Of a stretch of DNA of 64,000 nt, positions 29,001 through 36,957 are shown in pieces. Position 1 is the first letter of the stretch. Every line of letters begins with the position of its first letter. Source of the stretch: Vulcanimicrobiota bacterium (lineage in GTDB: Bacteria; Vulcanimicrobiota; Xenobia; Xenobiales; JADMJV01). Position numbers and translations under genes: made by a program. The notes below the pieces were generated by a model, which saw only the letters and a list, made by a program, of their open reading frames with translations, was not told the origin of the DNA and did not search any database. The DNA is taken from assembly GCA_050250895.1 (NCBI GenBank), contig JBFWNU010000001.1, forward strand, positions 3,186,981 through 3,250,980. The letters are read 5' to 3'.

Positions 29001-29772
29001 CGTCGTCAAAAGGCCGGCGCCCACAGCACATCTCGAAAAGCACGACGCCGAGGGCGTACACGTCGGCCTGAGCTCCGACCTTGTCGGCGTTACCCCATTG
29101 CTCGGGGGCTCCGTATTCGGGCGTTCCCAGCAGCGAGCCGGCCCCGGTCAGGGTCATGGAAAGGCTCTTGAGCGCCTCGGGCAAGACCTCGGGTAAGGCC
29201 CCGGGCTCGACGTTGAACTCGGCCGCCAGTTCCGACACCTTGGTGGTCTTGACGATGCCGAAATCGGTTACGCACAGGCGGTCATCGCCACGGATCAACA
29301 GGTTGGCCGGCTTGACGTCGCGATGGATGACTCCTCGGGAGTGGGCGTAAGCCAAACCGTCGCACGCCTGCATGGTCAGGTCGAGAATCGTCTTCCAGTC
29401 GCCGGACCGAACCCAGCCTGTCTCCAGGGCATCTTTGAGTGAACCGCCGGCCAGATAGTCGAGAAACAGCAGCGGGATTCCGCCGAATTGGCGGACGAAC
29501 CAGCACTGGACGATGTGAGGATAGACGCCCAGGTCGATCCAGGTCTCGGCTTCTCGGATGTAGCGCTCTCGGTTGTGCCGCTCTTCCACTACCTCAGGTA
29601 GGGGCATCTTGACTGCCAGATCGAGGTTCCACTCGCGATGCCGAACCCTGAAAACCGCGCCCATTCCACCGTAGCCCACCAGGTCCTTGACTTCGAACTT
29701 GCCGTCGAAGACATGGCCCGGCTTCCAGGTAACGGCTTCTCCCGATTGCATTTGCGCTATTTCTCCCCGCAC
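26095..29772 (-). CDS. Ser/Thr protein kinase with TPR and WD40 repeats
   Basis: GYGGMGAV, AVK, HRDVKPAN, DFG, GTPEYGAPEQ; TPRs; GH...WD repeats. Confidence 0.92.
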   Translation of the reverse strand: MRGEIAQMQSGEAVTWKPGHVFDGKFEVKDLVGYGGMGAVFRVRHREWNLDLAVKMPLPEVVEERHNRERYIREAETWIDLGVYPHIVQCWFVRQFGGIPLLFLDYLAGGSLKDALETGWVRSGDWKTILDLTMQACDGLAYAHSRGVIHRDVKPANLLIRGDDRLCVTDFGIVKTTKVSELAAEFNVEPGALPEVLPEALKSLSMTLTGAGSLLGTPEYGAPEQWGNADKVGAQADVYALGVVLFEMCCGRRPFDDGKSDVPPSLLIGRHLSKKAPDPREFRPDLPEALAKLITKCLAKSPDERPATMAELRQRLSGVFQLVVGEAYKRPVPRPSEQRADALNNKGVSLWSLSKYSEAYAAWRKALEYDSGHCETIYNAAITRWRNGEISQDEVLRRLQQVKSNRGMALMYEGMFWLEAGDAVAAQTALTGALADPEVAEKGPAHRALGDALTYQAKYFVAEKAYKKALALMPDDGETVLRKRLATVGKRSYQGRIYFPEPTPAHEFRRAEPALWLAVGSSTSCFASDRHRCEGWDMAAGRGIWSREQQIEHPPSICCENQWLFSEGQLWSAQSGQTILELPPGRRFLAVDPQGRRALAGGTRLELLALPSGDPLVVYEEPTSAEQAIFTPDGERCLAIDASGRMVLRDAPTGDELQKLELGSAATALALIRRGAIALTGHSDGMVRVWDLARGQEIMQLAHSGRVLSLELGPEESYLLVHFQGASATWHSVWKLGGGKIREGEGGAALADEHSYVSWCQGQLCLTDLVNGRRIRTFQGLEGPPDALETTRARRYLTAITEGRLVAWEFDEQHRVYDRSLALSRGRTHAEAESGKARYQSELATAQKKLEEGDYSSAINRLALARRVAGYGRDPAALEVQAELTRRLPRKQLKAMWERRASTEAGRLTQGRLALAPKRLGVATAEGNRIKLWDFASGRLLQTLRGHDAPVELLEYSQTGAVLVSACHEPSLRVWKPDSGRCELLESPPPGLVDLKLSDDATILVGADAGGTLYHWDLVNRRLAGTIKTPSGSQQLLAVSKDAKLAVTGPDFFLWEVATGQPLLKPGHLRTDGRDDAAALRCTAAALGQGGAFAITAGADHVLRLWSTESGKCRLTLIGHTQPVRAMAMFSRLRFAVSADAGGHLHVWDLDTGHTMEVLKSHQVGLSGFVPDHEGRFYLTCGEDEAVRLWEMEWELDPEAEQITLADVYRPTGALGRLSSLFRRR

Positions 29773-29807
29773 ACAGGTCAGTCCCTCTGAAGCACGAAGC
29801 GGCTAAC

Positions 29808-30284
29808 GTGGACAAGAGGCTGTGGAAACAAGTGTTCGGGGAAGCCCTCGGCTTCGCCTCGGAAACGCTCAAAGCGGAACGCTCTTTCGTCGTGTTCGAG
29901 GGGGCGGGTCTGGCCCGGGGTCTGGACACCGCCTCACTCTGGGTGACGGGTGCCATCAGTCACACTATTCTCAGGACCCTGTTAGAAGAGCAAGAGGCCC
30001 TGGTCATGATGGATGCCCTGGCCGACCCGCGGTACCGCGAACAGACCAGCGCCATCCTTTCGTCCTTGCGGTCGATCTTGTATGTGCCATTGCATAGCCC
30101 CAATCGAGTGGTCAGTGGCATGCTCTATCTCGACACCCTGACCAAGACCGGCGTCTTCGGCCACGAGCAGCTCACCAAGGCGAAGTCTTTCGTGGCCAAC
30201 AACTTCGAACCGATGCTGGCCGAGCTATCGATTCAGCCAAAAGTGCTCGACTGGGACGGTCTGACCGCCACCGAATGGCTCTGA
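29808..30284 (+). CDS. Stand-alone GAF-like protein
   Basis: DALADPRY...SLRSILYVPL...GMLYLD. Confidence 0.7.
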   Translation: MDKRLWKQVFGEALGFASETLKAERSFVVFEGAGLARGLDTASLWVTGAISHTILRTLLEEQEALVMMDALADPRYREQTSAILSSLRSILYVPLHSPNRVVSGMLYLDTLTKTGVFGHEQLTKAKSFVANNFEPMLAELSIQPKVLDWDGLTATEWL

Positions 30285-31069
30285 CCGAGCTGCTCGGGGT
30301 GCCCCGCGCCCTGGTCGGCATGGTCCATCTGGGGGCCCTGCCCGGCGCCCCGCGAGCCGGTCCCAGTCTGGCCCAGATCGTGGCCACGGCCGTGGCCGAG
30401 ACGACTTGTTACGCCGAGAACGGCTACCATGCTGTGATTCTCGAGAACATGCACGACCGGCCCTATCTGGCCGCCGGGGTCGGCCCCGAAGTGGTGGCAA
30501 GCATGGCCGTGATCTGCGCCGAGGTGCGGCGCCAGGTCGACCTGCCGGTCGGCGTTCAGGTGTTGGCCGCCGCCAACCGTCAGGCGCTGGCCGTGGCTCT
30601 GGCCGGGGGGGCGGCCTTTATCCGGGCCGAAGCGTTCGTTTTCTCGCATGTGGCCGACGAGGGTTGGCTCGACGGTCAGGCCGGCGAACTGTTGCGCTAT
30701 CGCCGGGCTATCGGAGCCGACCACATCAAGATCTTCGCCGACATCAAGAAGAAGCACTCGGCCCACGCGGTCACCGCCGATGTGAACCTGGCCGAAACGG
30801 CCCGGGCTGCCGAGTTCTTTCTGGCCGACGGCCTGGTGGTGACGGGCACGGCCACGGGGTCGGCTACCGACCCGACCGAGGTGCAGGCTGTCTGCGAGGC
30901 CACGTCGCTCCCAGTGATGGTGGGCTCGGGCCTGACCCCCGACAATCTGGGCTGTTTCGAGGCCGCCTCAGGACTCATCGTCGGCTCTTGGGTCAAGCAG
31001 CAGGGTCACTGGGCCAACCCCCTCGACCCGGCTCGGGTCAAGGCTCTGGCCGAAGCCTTTCGCGCCTGA
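30275..31069 (+). CDS. BtpA/SgcQ family protein
   Basis: GMVHLGALPG, ENMHDRPY, ADIKKKHS, ADGLVVTGTATG, VGSG. Confidence 0.9.
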   Translation: MALTELLGVPRALVGMVHLGALPGAPRAGPSLAQIVATAVAETTCYAENGYHAVILENMHDRPYLAAGVGPEVVASMAVICAEVRRQVDLPVGVQVLAAANRQALAVALAGGAAFIRAEAFVFSHVADEGWLDGQAGELLRYRRAIGADHIKIFADIKKKHSAHAVTADVNLAETARAAEFFLADGLVVTGTATGSATDPTEVQAVCEATSLPVMVGSGLTPDNLGCFEAASGLIVGSWVKQQGHWANPLDPARVKALAEAFRA

Positions 31070-31076
31070 CAACAAG

Positions 31077-31101
31077 AAAAGCCACCGAGAGGGTGGCTTT
31101 T
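31077..31101. terminator. Bidirectional intrinsic terminator
   Basis: AAAAGCCACC-GAGAG-GGTGGCTTTT between convergent genes. Confidence 0.8.
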
Positions 31102-31175
31102 CAAGACTTGCAATCCAGTGGATCGCTGCATGAGTTTTTCACGAGAAGATTTCTTCCTGCAAAAATTCGCAAAAG

Positions 31176-31661
31176 CTACTGGTCCCAGATGATGCCCGAG
31201 ATTCGATCGGGACCGAACACATCGAGACCCGGGTCGACCTCGATCCGCAGGCTTCCTTTGGGCAGGTCGTAAAAGAGCGTGCGGCCCTCGACCCGATCGG
31301 GCGGCCCCAGTACCGATCGGGCTCGCCGAGCTAGCTCGCGTCGCTTGAACTTGCGCCCCCCCAGGCTAGCGCTGTAGCCAACGATGGTCTCGATCGTCTG
31401 GTCGCGCACCACCACCCGCGCGCCCTGTTTGCCGGAGGAATGAGTCAGCATGAAGATGCTGGTCTCGTCTTCTTGGGCCTGCACCGGATAGGGCTCGACC
31501 TTGAACCTGGCCTTGACCTCGGGCCACTGCTCGCCGGGTGCGATGTCGTCGATAGTCAATCCACTGCGGTCGGGCACCACTCGCCTGGCTGCCGAAATGC
31601 CCACCGCAGCGAGAACACCTAACAGTAGCAGCAAGATCAGCAGTGGACGGGCCCTGGCCAT
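31176..31661 (-). CDS. Membrane-anchored/secreted hypothetical protein
   Basis: N-terminal hydrophobic helix. Confidence 0.65.
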   Translation of the reverse strand: MARARPLLILLLLLGVLAAVGISAARRVVPDRSGLTIDDIAPGEQWPEVKARFKVEPYPVQAQEDETSIFMLTHSSGKQGARVVVRDQTIETIVGYSASLGGRKFKRRELARRARSVLGPPDRVEGRTLFYDLPKGSLRIEVDPGLDVFGPDRISGIIWDQ

Positions 31662-31693
31662 GGAAGGATTCTAACAGATGGACGCTCGCTTCG

Positions 31694-31838
31694 CGAGAAG
31701 GGAGCGGCCTTTGGCCGAGAAGGGAGCGGCCTTCGGCCGAGAAGGGAGCGGCCTTCGGCCGAGAAGGGAGCGGCCTTCGGCCGAGAAGGGAGCGGCCTTC
31801 GGCCGAGAAAGGAGCGGCCTGCGGCCGAGAAAGGAGCG
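31694..31838. repeat. 22-bp tandem repeat, about 6.5 copies
   Basis: Unit CGAGAAGGGAGCGGCCTTCGGC; adjacent units form cggcc-TTC-ggccg hairpins. Confidence 0.95.
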
Positions 31839-31883
31839 CTATCTCGCTTAGGCTCGATAGCGAGAGGGGAGCGAGGTTCGCTT

Positions 31884-32472
31884 CGCTCACCTCGAGGTTT
31901 TGGGATAGTCGACGCTTCGCGTCGTAAATCTGGGGCGGCTTCGCCGCCAGGTGGCTCGGCCCCGGCCCGGTCGCGTACAGCCAGCCCGGGTCGTTGTAAA
32001 CAACCACTCCGGGTCGTTGTCGGCCCGCCCCGGGCAAGGCCGGGAAAAGAATGAGGAGTGGCCGTAGCCACTCCTTTTCTCGAAGCGAGCTCTGCGAGCT
32101 TCGCTCCCATCTCCCGGCGAAGCCGGGCTCCCATCTCGAGGCCTCGCCTCGCTCCCTTCTCGCCAGCGAAGCGCAGCGCTCACCTCGAGGTTTTGGGATA
32201 GTCGACGCTTCGCGTCGTAAATCTGGGGCGGCTTCGCCGCCAGGTGGCTCGGACCCGGCCCGGTCGCGTACAGCCAGCCCGGGTCGTTGTAAACAACCAC
32301 TCCGGGTCGTTGTCGGCCCGCCCCGGGCAAGCCCGGGAAAAGAAAAAGGAGTGGCCGTGGCCACTCCTTTCTCGAAGCGAGCTCTGCGAGCTTCGCTCCC
32401 ATCTCCCGGCGAAGCCGGGCTCCCATCTCGAGGCCTTGCCTCGCTCCCATCTCCCGGCGAAGCCGGGCTCCC
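31884..32472. repeat. Two tandem copies of a ~293-bp hairpin-rich module
   Basis: Copies start at 31884 and 32177 (CGCTCACCTCGAGGTTTTGGGATAGTCGACGCTTCGCGTCG...); partial third copy at 44343. Confidence 0.92.
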
Positions 32473-32482
32473 CGCGACGCGC

Positions 32483-34078
32483 TTAGCCTTTGTTCTGGCA
32501 GTTGCGCAGCTGGTCGCGCAGGCCTTTGGCTTCGTAAGCCAGGTCGCGCTTTTGACCTTCGAGGCCGCTGACTTCGCTGTTGAGCGAGCTGTGCTCGCCC
32601 CGCAGCCCGTCGGCCCGGCTCCGAATGTCGCTGGCTTCGCGGCGGGCCTGGTCGGCTTCGCGGCGCATTCCGGGCACGGCCATGCGAGCGGCGCTGGCTT
32701 GATTGCGCAGGCTGCTGGCATCGTCGCGGGCCCGGTCGGCGCGGCGCTCGGTCTCGGCCAACCGCTGTTCGTAAGGAGCCAGAGCTTCGCGGACTTTCTT
32801 GTCCACGGTCTGGGGAATCTCACGCTCGCGGGTGTCGAGCTGGCCCTGACGGGTGTCGAGCTGGCCTTTGCGGGTGTCGTATTGACCCTGCAGTTCGGCC
32901 TGCCGACCGTCGTAGAGTTCTTGCTTGCGAGCCTCGACCAGCTGATCCTGGTCGCGCTCGATGGTGTCGACCTGGCCTTTGAAGACCTGCAGGTCGACCT
33001 GACGCTGGTTGAGGCCGGTCTCGCGCTGGCCGAGGCCAGTGTTGGTCTCGTCGAAACGGCGCTGGGAGTCTTCTTGAACCAGCTGGTCGCGACGGGCTTC
33101 TTTGTCTTCGATGCGCTGGTTCTGCTCACCCAGAGCAGTTTCACGGTGGTCGAGTTCGGTGGTGCGGGTCTCGTGGTTAGAGATGGCCGCGGCGTTGTTT
33201 TTGTCGAGTTCGGCAGCCAGCTGGTCGAGGCCGGACTTGGCCGCTTCCAGGCGGTTTTCTTTCTCGTCGAGCTGGAGCCACTGCTGGCTATTGTGGACCG
33301 CCTCGACACCACTGGTGATGCCCGAGCGCACGGCCCGCAGCAGGAAGTATCCGCCAGCGGCGCCGACCACACCCATCGCCACTCCGCCGACGATAGCGCC
33401 GGTTTTCGCGGCTCCGGCCAGGGCGGCGAAGCTGAAGTCTTTGGCCATCAGGCCGGTGGTCAGGTTGGCAGCGCCTGCGATGGAGCCACCCAGGACCGCG
33501 CCGCCCAGACCGCCCGTGGCGACTCCGCCAGCAGCCAGCAGGTAACCGACCGCGTCGAGGGCTTTGGGCAGGGGAGCCGGCCTTTTGCCAGGCACACGAC
33601 CCGCGTCGGGGTCGTAGCCGAGGATTTTCTTGCCAGTCCACTGGATGGCTTTGGCCGGCAGGCTACCGAGGCCTTTTCCGACTTTGTAGCCGCCCACGAT
33701 GCCGGCCGCACCACCGATCAGGATACCGGCTTGAGCGCCGTAGGCCGCGGTGGTCAGCGAGGTGCCGAGGAACTGCATCACGCCGGTGGTCGAGACCGAG
33801 GCGATGGCGGGGCCGAGGCCACCACCGATGGCGGTTCCGAGGATAGCGCCGCCGACGACCCCGGCGTAACCGCCCGCGATGGCGGTGACGATGCCGGTGC
33901 CTCCACCGACGGCCAGGCTCATGTCGTTGCCGACACCGACCATTCCGGCGCCGATCTCTTTACGAGCACGGCCCACGAAGGAGTCCGACGGCTGGTCCTG
34001 AGCCGGCGGAGCCGGCTGCTGTTCTTTGGCCGCGCGGGCCGGGTTGTAAGTCTGGGGTGTAACGTTGGTGAGTTTCAT
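32483..34078 (-). CDS. Glycine-zipper membrane protein with long C-terminal coiled coil
   Basis: ATG 34078 with GGGAG RBS; GxxxG arrays in two blocks; E/R/Q heptads; ends LRNCQNKG. Confidence 0.8.
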   Translation of the reverse strand: MKLTNVTPQTYNPARAAKEQQPAPPAQDQPSDSFVGRARKEIGAGMVGVGNDMSLAVGGGTGIVTAIAGGYAGVVGGAILGTAIGGGLGPAIASVSTTGVMQFLGTSLTTAAYGAQAGILIGGAAGIVGGYKVGKGLGSLPAKAIQWTGKKILGYDPDAGRVPGKRPAPLPKALDAVGYLLAAGGVATGGLGGAVLGGSIAGAANLTTGLMAKDFSFAALAGAAKTGAIVGGVAMGVVGAAGGYFLLRAVRSGITSGVEAVHNSQQWLQLDEKENRLEAAKSGLDQLAAELDKNNAAAISNHETRTTELDHRETALGEQNQRIEDKEARRDQLVQEDSQRRFDETNTGLGQRETGLNQRQVDLQVFKGQVDTIERDQDQLVEARKQELYDGRQAELQGQYDTRKGQLDTRQGQLDTREREIPQTVDKKVREALAPYEQRLAETERRADRARDDASSLRNQASAARMAVPGMRREADQARREASDIRSRADGLRGEHSSLNSEVSGLEGQKRDLAYEAKGLRDQLRNCQNKG

Positions 34079-34106
34079 TGTCTTAAATCTCCCTACCGGC
34101 TCCGCG

Positions 34107-35156
34107 TTAGATGGACTTCCGGATGATGTTGACCAGAACACCGGTGGCTACACCGGCGCCGAGTCCGACGGCCGCACCGCCAGCCACGCCGTAGGCCATT
34201 CCGAAACGGCCCTCGACGTCGGCCGTGAGGTCGTGTTTCTCGACCTGCGGCTTGTGGATGATGGTGCCCCCCATGACGGGGTTGTTGGCGGTGACATCGC
34301 GCATGCCCGGGTTCTGGGCGTCGCTGCCATTGATGCCCTCGAACCAGTTCTGGGGCACCTGCCCGATGACTTGCGTCTGGGTGACCGGGGTCTCGGAGGT
34401 GTATTGCACCGTCTGGGAGTGGCTGGCTTCCAGGCTCGAGGCCACGAAGCCGGCCGCGGCACCGGCGGCTGCACCGGCCAGACCGAAGCGGACTAGCAGT
34501 TTGGTGTCGCCTTTGGTCTCGCGGCGGTCGCCACCTTCGTAGGCACCGTCAGGGATGAATTTGCGGGCCACCGTCATCGCGGCGCCGACACCGAAGCCGA
34601 GACCGGCGCCGATGCCCATTCCCACCAGGCCCGAGACCAGCGGGCTACCGTCACCGGCAGGAGTGATCTTGACCTCGCGGGTGGTGTAGCTGCCGACTCG
34701 CTCGGTGGTGGTGGAAGGCTCGTAGTTGTGCTGCCATCCCTGGATGCTGCCGTTGGCGTCGTTGCGAACCGTTTCGGTGGCAACCCAGGGCTCTTTGGCA
34801 TCGACCATACTGGTGCGCAGGATGTCGTGGTCGGTCTTGATGATCTCGTAGCTGGGAGCGCTCAAGAACGAGGCCAGCATCTCTTTGCCGAGGCCGATGC
34901 TTCCACCGACGGCTGCGCCAGCCAGGGCGCCGCCCATCATCAGCTCGGAGTTCTTGAAGTTCTTCAGAGCCGGGGGGCGGACAGCCGTGTCCTGGTCGAG
35001 GCGATCGAGGTCGTCGGAGACTTTGCCGAGTCCATCCTGGACCTGACCGTACTTGTTGTCGATAGCGGTGGCGTTCTCGTCGGGCACGAAGTCTTTCTTT
35101 TCGCCCGCGATGTGTTTGGTTACGAAGTTGCTTACTCTGGTGGTTAGGTTGATCAT
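34107..35156 (-). CDS. Glycine-zipper membrane protein (four Gly-rich helices, two beta-rich loops)
   Basis: GGAG RBS; paralog of 45600..46619. Confidence 0.8.
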   Translation of the reverse strand: MINLTTRVSNFVTKHIAGEKKDFVPDENATAIDNKYGQVQDGLGKVSDDLDRLDQDTAVRPPALKNFKNSELMMGGALAGAAVGGSIGLGKEMLASFLSAPSYEIIKTDHDILRTSMVDAKEPWVATETVRNDANGSIQGWQHNYEPSTTTERVGSYTTREVKITPAGDGSPLVSGLVGMGIGAGLGFGVGAAMTVARKFIPDGAYEGGDRRETKGDTKLLVRFGLAGAAAGAAAGFVASSLEASHSQTVQYTSETPVTQTQVIGQVPQNWFEGINGSDAQNPGMRDVTANNPVMGGTIIHKPQVEKHDLTADVEGRFGMAYGVAGGAAVGLGAGVATGVLVNIIRKSI

Positions 35157-35168
35157 GTTCGTGGGCTC

Positions 35169-36752
35169 CTAGTGACCGCAGTTCGCCAGCTTGCTGCGAA
35201 GGGTCGAGATATCCGACTGGAGGCGACCAATCTCGGTGCGCAGGTTACCCACTCGGGTGCGCAAGCTCGAGATCTCGTTGCTGAGTCGGCTGTAGTCGCT
35301 CTGGGCTGCGTTACGCGAGTTGACGGCGCTGTCGCGGTCGCCTTTCGCCGAAGCGAGCTCGGCGGCAGCCATGTTGTAGTCTTGCTGGGCCGAGCTGCGC
35401 TCGGACTGAGCCCGACGTTCGTCGTTCTCGGCGTCGCGAATGCGGCTTTCGAGGCGGTTCTTCTGGGGGTCGAACTCGCTGCGGAAGCGCTGCTCGATTT
35501 CGCTGTTGATCTTCTGCTCTTGCGTGTTGAGCCGCGACTCGTAGTCGTCGAGCTGCTTCTGCATCTCGGCGTACTGAGCTTCGAGTTTGGGACGAAGCTC
35601 GGCGTAGGCGGCCTGACCGCGCTGTTCGATCGAGGCCTCGAGAGCGGCTTTGCGCTCTTTCTGCGTCTTCTCGAAGCCGTCGAGTTCGGTCTTGAAGCTG
35701 TCGAGCTTTTCGGTCCACTCTTTGAGGGTCAGTCCGTTGTCGACCTTCTCGGAGCCGAAGCGCTTTTCGTAGTCGGCCTTACCGGCATCAGAAATGTTCT
35801 CGTCGATGGCTTTTTCACGCTGGTTGGCATCGCCTTCCCGCTGCTCGACCCCCTGTTCGCGAGTGTCGAGAGCGGAGGTCTGCTCCTGGTGGTAAGTCCG
35901 CTTGGTATCGGCTTGAGCGGTGAGTCCGTCCTGGCGAACCTTGAGCTCTTCCTCCAGGGCGTCCAGGCGCGAGGCTTTTTGGCCGAGGTTTTCGCCATCG
36001 CCGGTCTTGTTCCAGATTTTGGAGGCCTGGTTGTAGACCCAGCCACCGGCGTTGGTGACCGTCTTGGCGGTGGCTACGCCACCTTTGGCACCGATGAAGC
36101 CCATCGTGACCGCACCCACAGCCGCGCCGATTTTGGCGCCGGTCCCGGCCGTGCTAAAGTCGAAGCCGCTGGCGAAGAGAGAGCCGGTGGCGCCGATGCC
36201 GGCACCGATGATGGCTCCTCCGGTGGCTCCGGCCGCGGCCCCGGTGCCAGCGATGGCGCTGGCCGCGAAGTTCGAAAATCCAGTGAGTTGTTTAAGGTCG
36301 TCAGGTTTGCTCTGACCGACGTCGGCTCCGAAGATGCGTCCGACCGATTTGCCGATGCTGACACCGGTGGCGATACCGCCGGCCAGACCAGCCGCGCCGC
36401 CGATGAACAGGCCCGCGCGAGCGGCAACCGAAGTGGAGCTGAGCACTCCCGAGAGGAAGCTTCCGGCGCCCTGCGAGGTGACCGTTCCGACTACCGGGCC
36501 GATGGCGCTGCCGAAGAGCGAGCCGATGATGGCTCCACCCAGCACGCCGGCATAGAGTCCGGGAAGGGCGAAGGTCAGGGCGCCTACGCCGCCGAGGGCG
36601 AACTTGACAAAGTTGCCACCCTCACTACCGCCGTCGTTGGCGGATTCAACTTTGTCCTGAGGCTCGGCGGCGGCCGGGGTGGCCGGTTTCTCCGGGGGGG
36701 CCGCATTGGCCACGTGGAGCTGCGAGCGCACAGGCATCCTTTCAATTCTCAT
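35169..36752 (-). CDS. Glycine-zipper membrane protein with long C-terminal coiled coil (paralog of 32483..34078)
   Basis: GGAGG RBS; GLYAGVLGGAIIGSLFGSAIGP vs GGYAGVVGGAILGTAIGGGLGP; ends LANCGH. Confidence 0.8.
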   Translation of the reverse strand: MRIERMPVRSQLHVANAAPPEKPATPAAAEPQDKVESANDGGSEGGNFVKFALGGVGALTFALPGLYAGVLGGAIIGSLFGSAIGPVVGTVTSQGAGSFLSGVLSSTSVAARAGLFIGGAAGLAGGIATGVSIGKSVGRIFGADVGQSKPDDLKQLTGFSNFAASAIAGTGAAAGATGGAIIGAGIGATGSLFASGFDFSTAGTGAKIGAAVGAVTMGFIGAKGGVATAKTVTNAGGWVYNQASKIWNKTGDGENLGQKASRLDALEEELKVRQDGLTAQADTKRTYHQEQTSALDTREQGVEQREGDANQREKAIDENISDAGKADYEKRFGSEKVDNGLTLKEWTEKLDSFKTELDGFEKTQKERKAALEASIEQRGQAAYAELRPKLEAQYAEMQKQLDDYESRLNTQEQKINSEIEQRFRSEFDPQKNRLESRIRDAENDERRAQSERSSAQQDYNMAAAELASAKGDRDSAVNSRNAAQSDYSRLSNEISSLRTRVGNLRTEIGRLQSDISTLRSKLANCGH

Positions 36753-36802
36753 CTGTTTCTACCTCCGGTTGGGAGTCATGCTCCTGCCTACTGTATGCAA
36801 GC

Positions 36803-36835
36803 AGTTTACGGAGGCGGGCTTAAAGAACGATGAAA
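36803..36835 (-). promoter_or_regulatory. Class I direct-repeat promoter of Gly-zipper operon
   Basis: Minus strand TTTCAT-N5-TTTAAG-N10-TAAACT. Confidence 0.55.
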
Positions 36836-36957
36836 ACCGAAAAGTTTTTTTGAGATCGCGTAGTTACGCAATTCTCGCGGCTCTCTCAGAATATTCCCGG
36901 GGGGTTGGCCAGAGGTTGGAACCTGGTGACGAATGTTGCCGGGCCGTGGGTTCGAAG

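Noticed and set aside
26095-29772. Kinase-TPR-WD40 as an anti-phage defence system
   Set aside because: No defence-island context or known partner genes; the architecture is a widespread signalling type
31694-31838. 22-bp repeats (and 26-bp repeats at 63.6 kb) as CRISPR arrays
   Set aside because: Units are contiguous with no unique spacers, and there are no cas genes
31366-33372. 668-aa ORF with repeated peptide blocks
   Set aside because: Off-frame read-through of a real gene and the non-coding repeat block; peptide repeats just mirror DNA repeats
36753-36900. Sigma-28 (FliA) promoters upstream of leader-bearing genes
   Set aside because: No TAAA-N15-GCCGATAA match found; direct-repeat plus -10 architecture fits better
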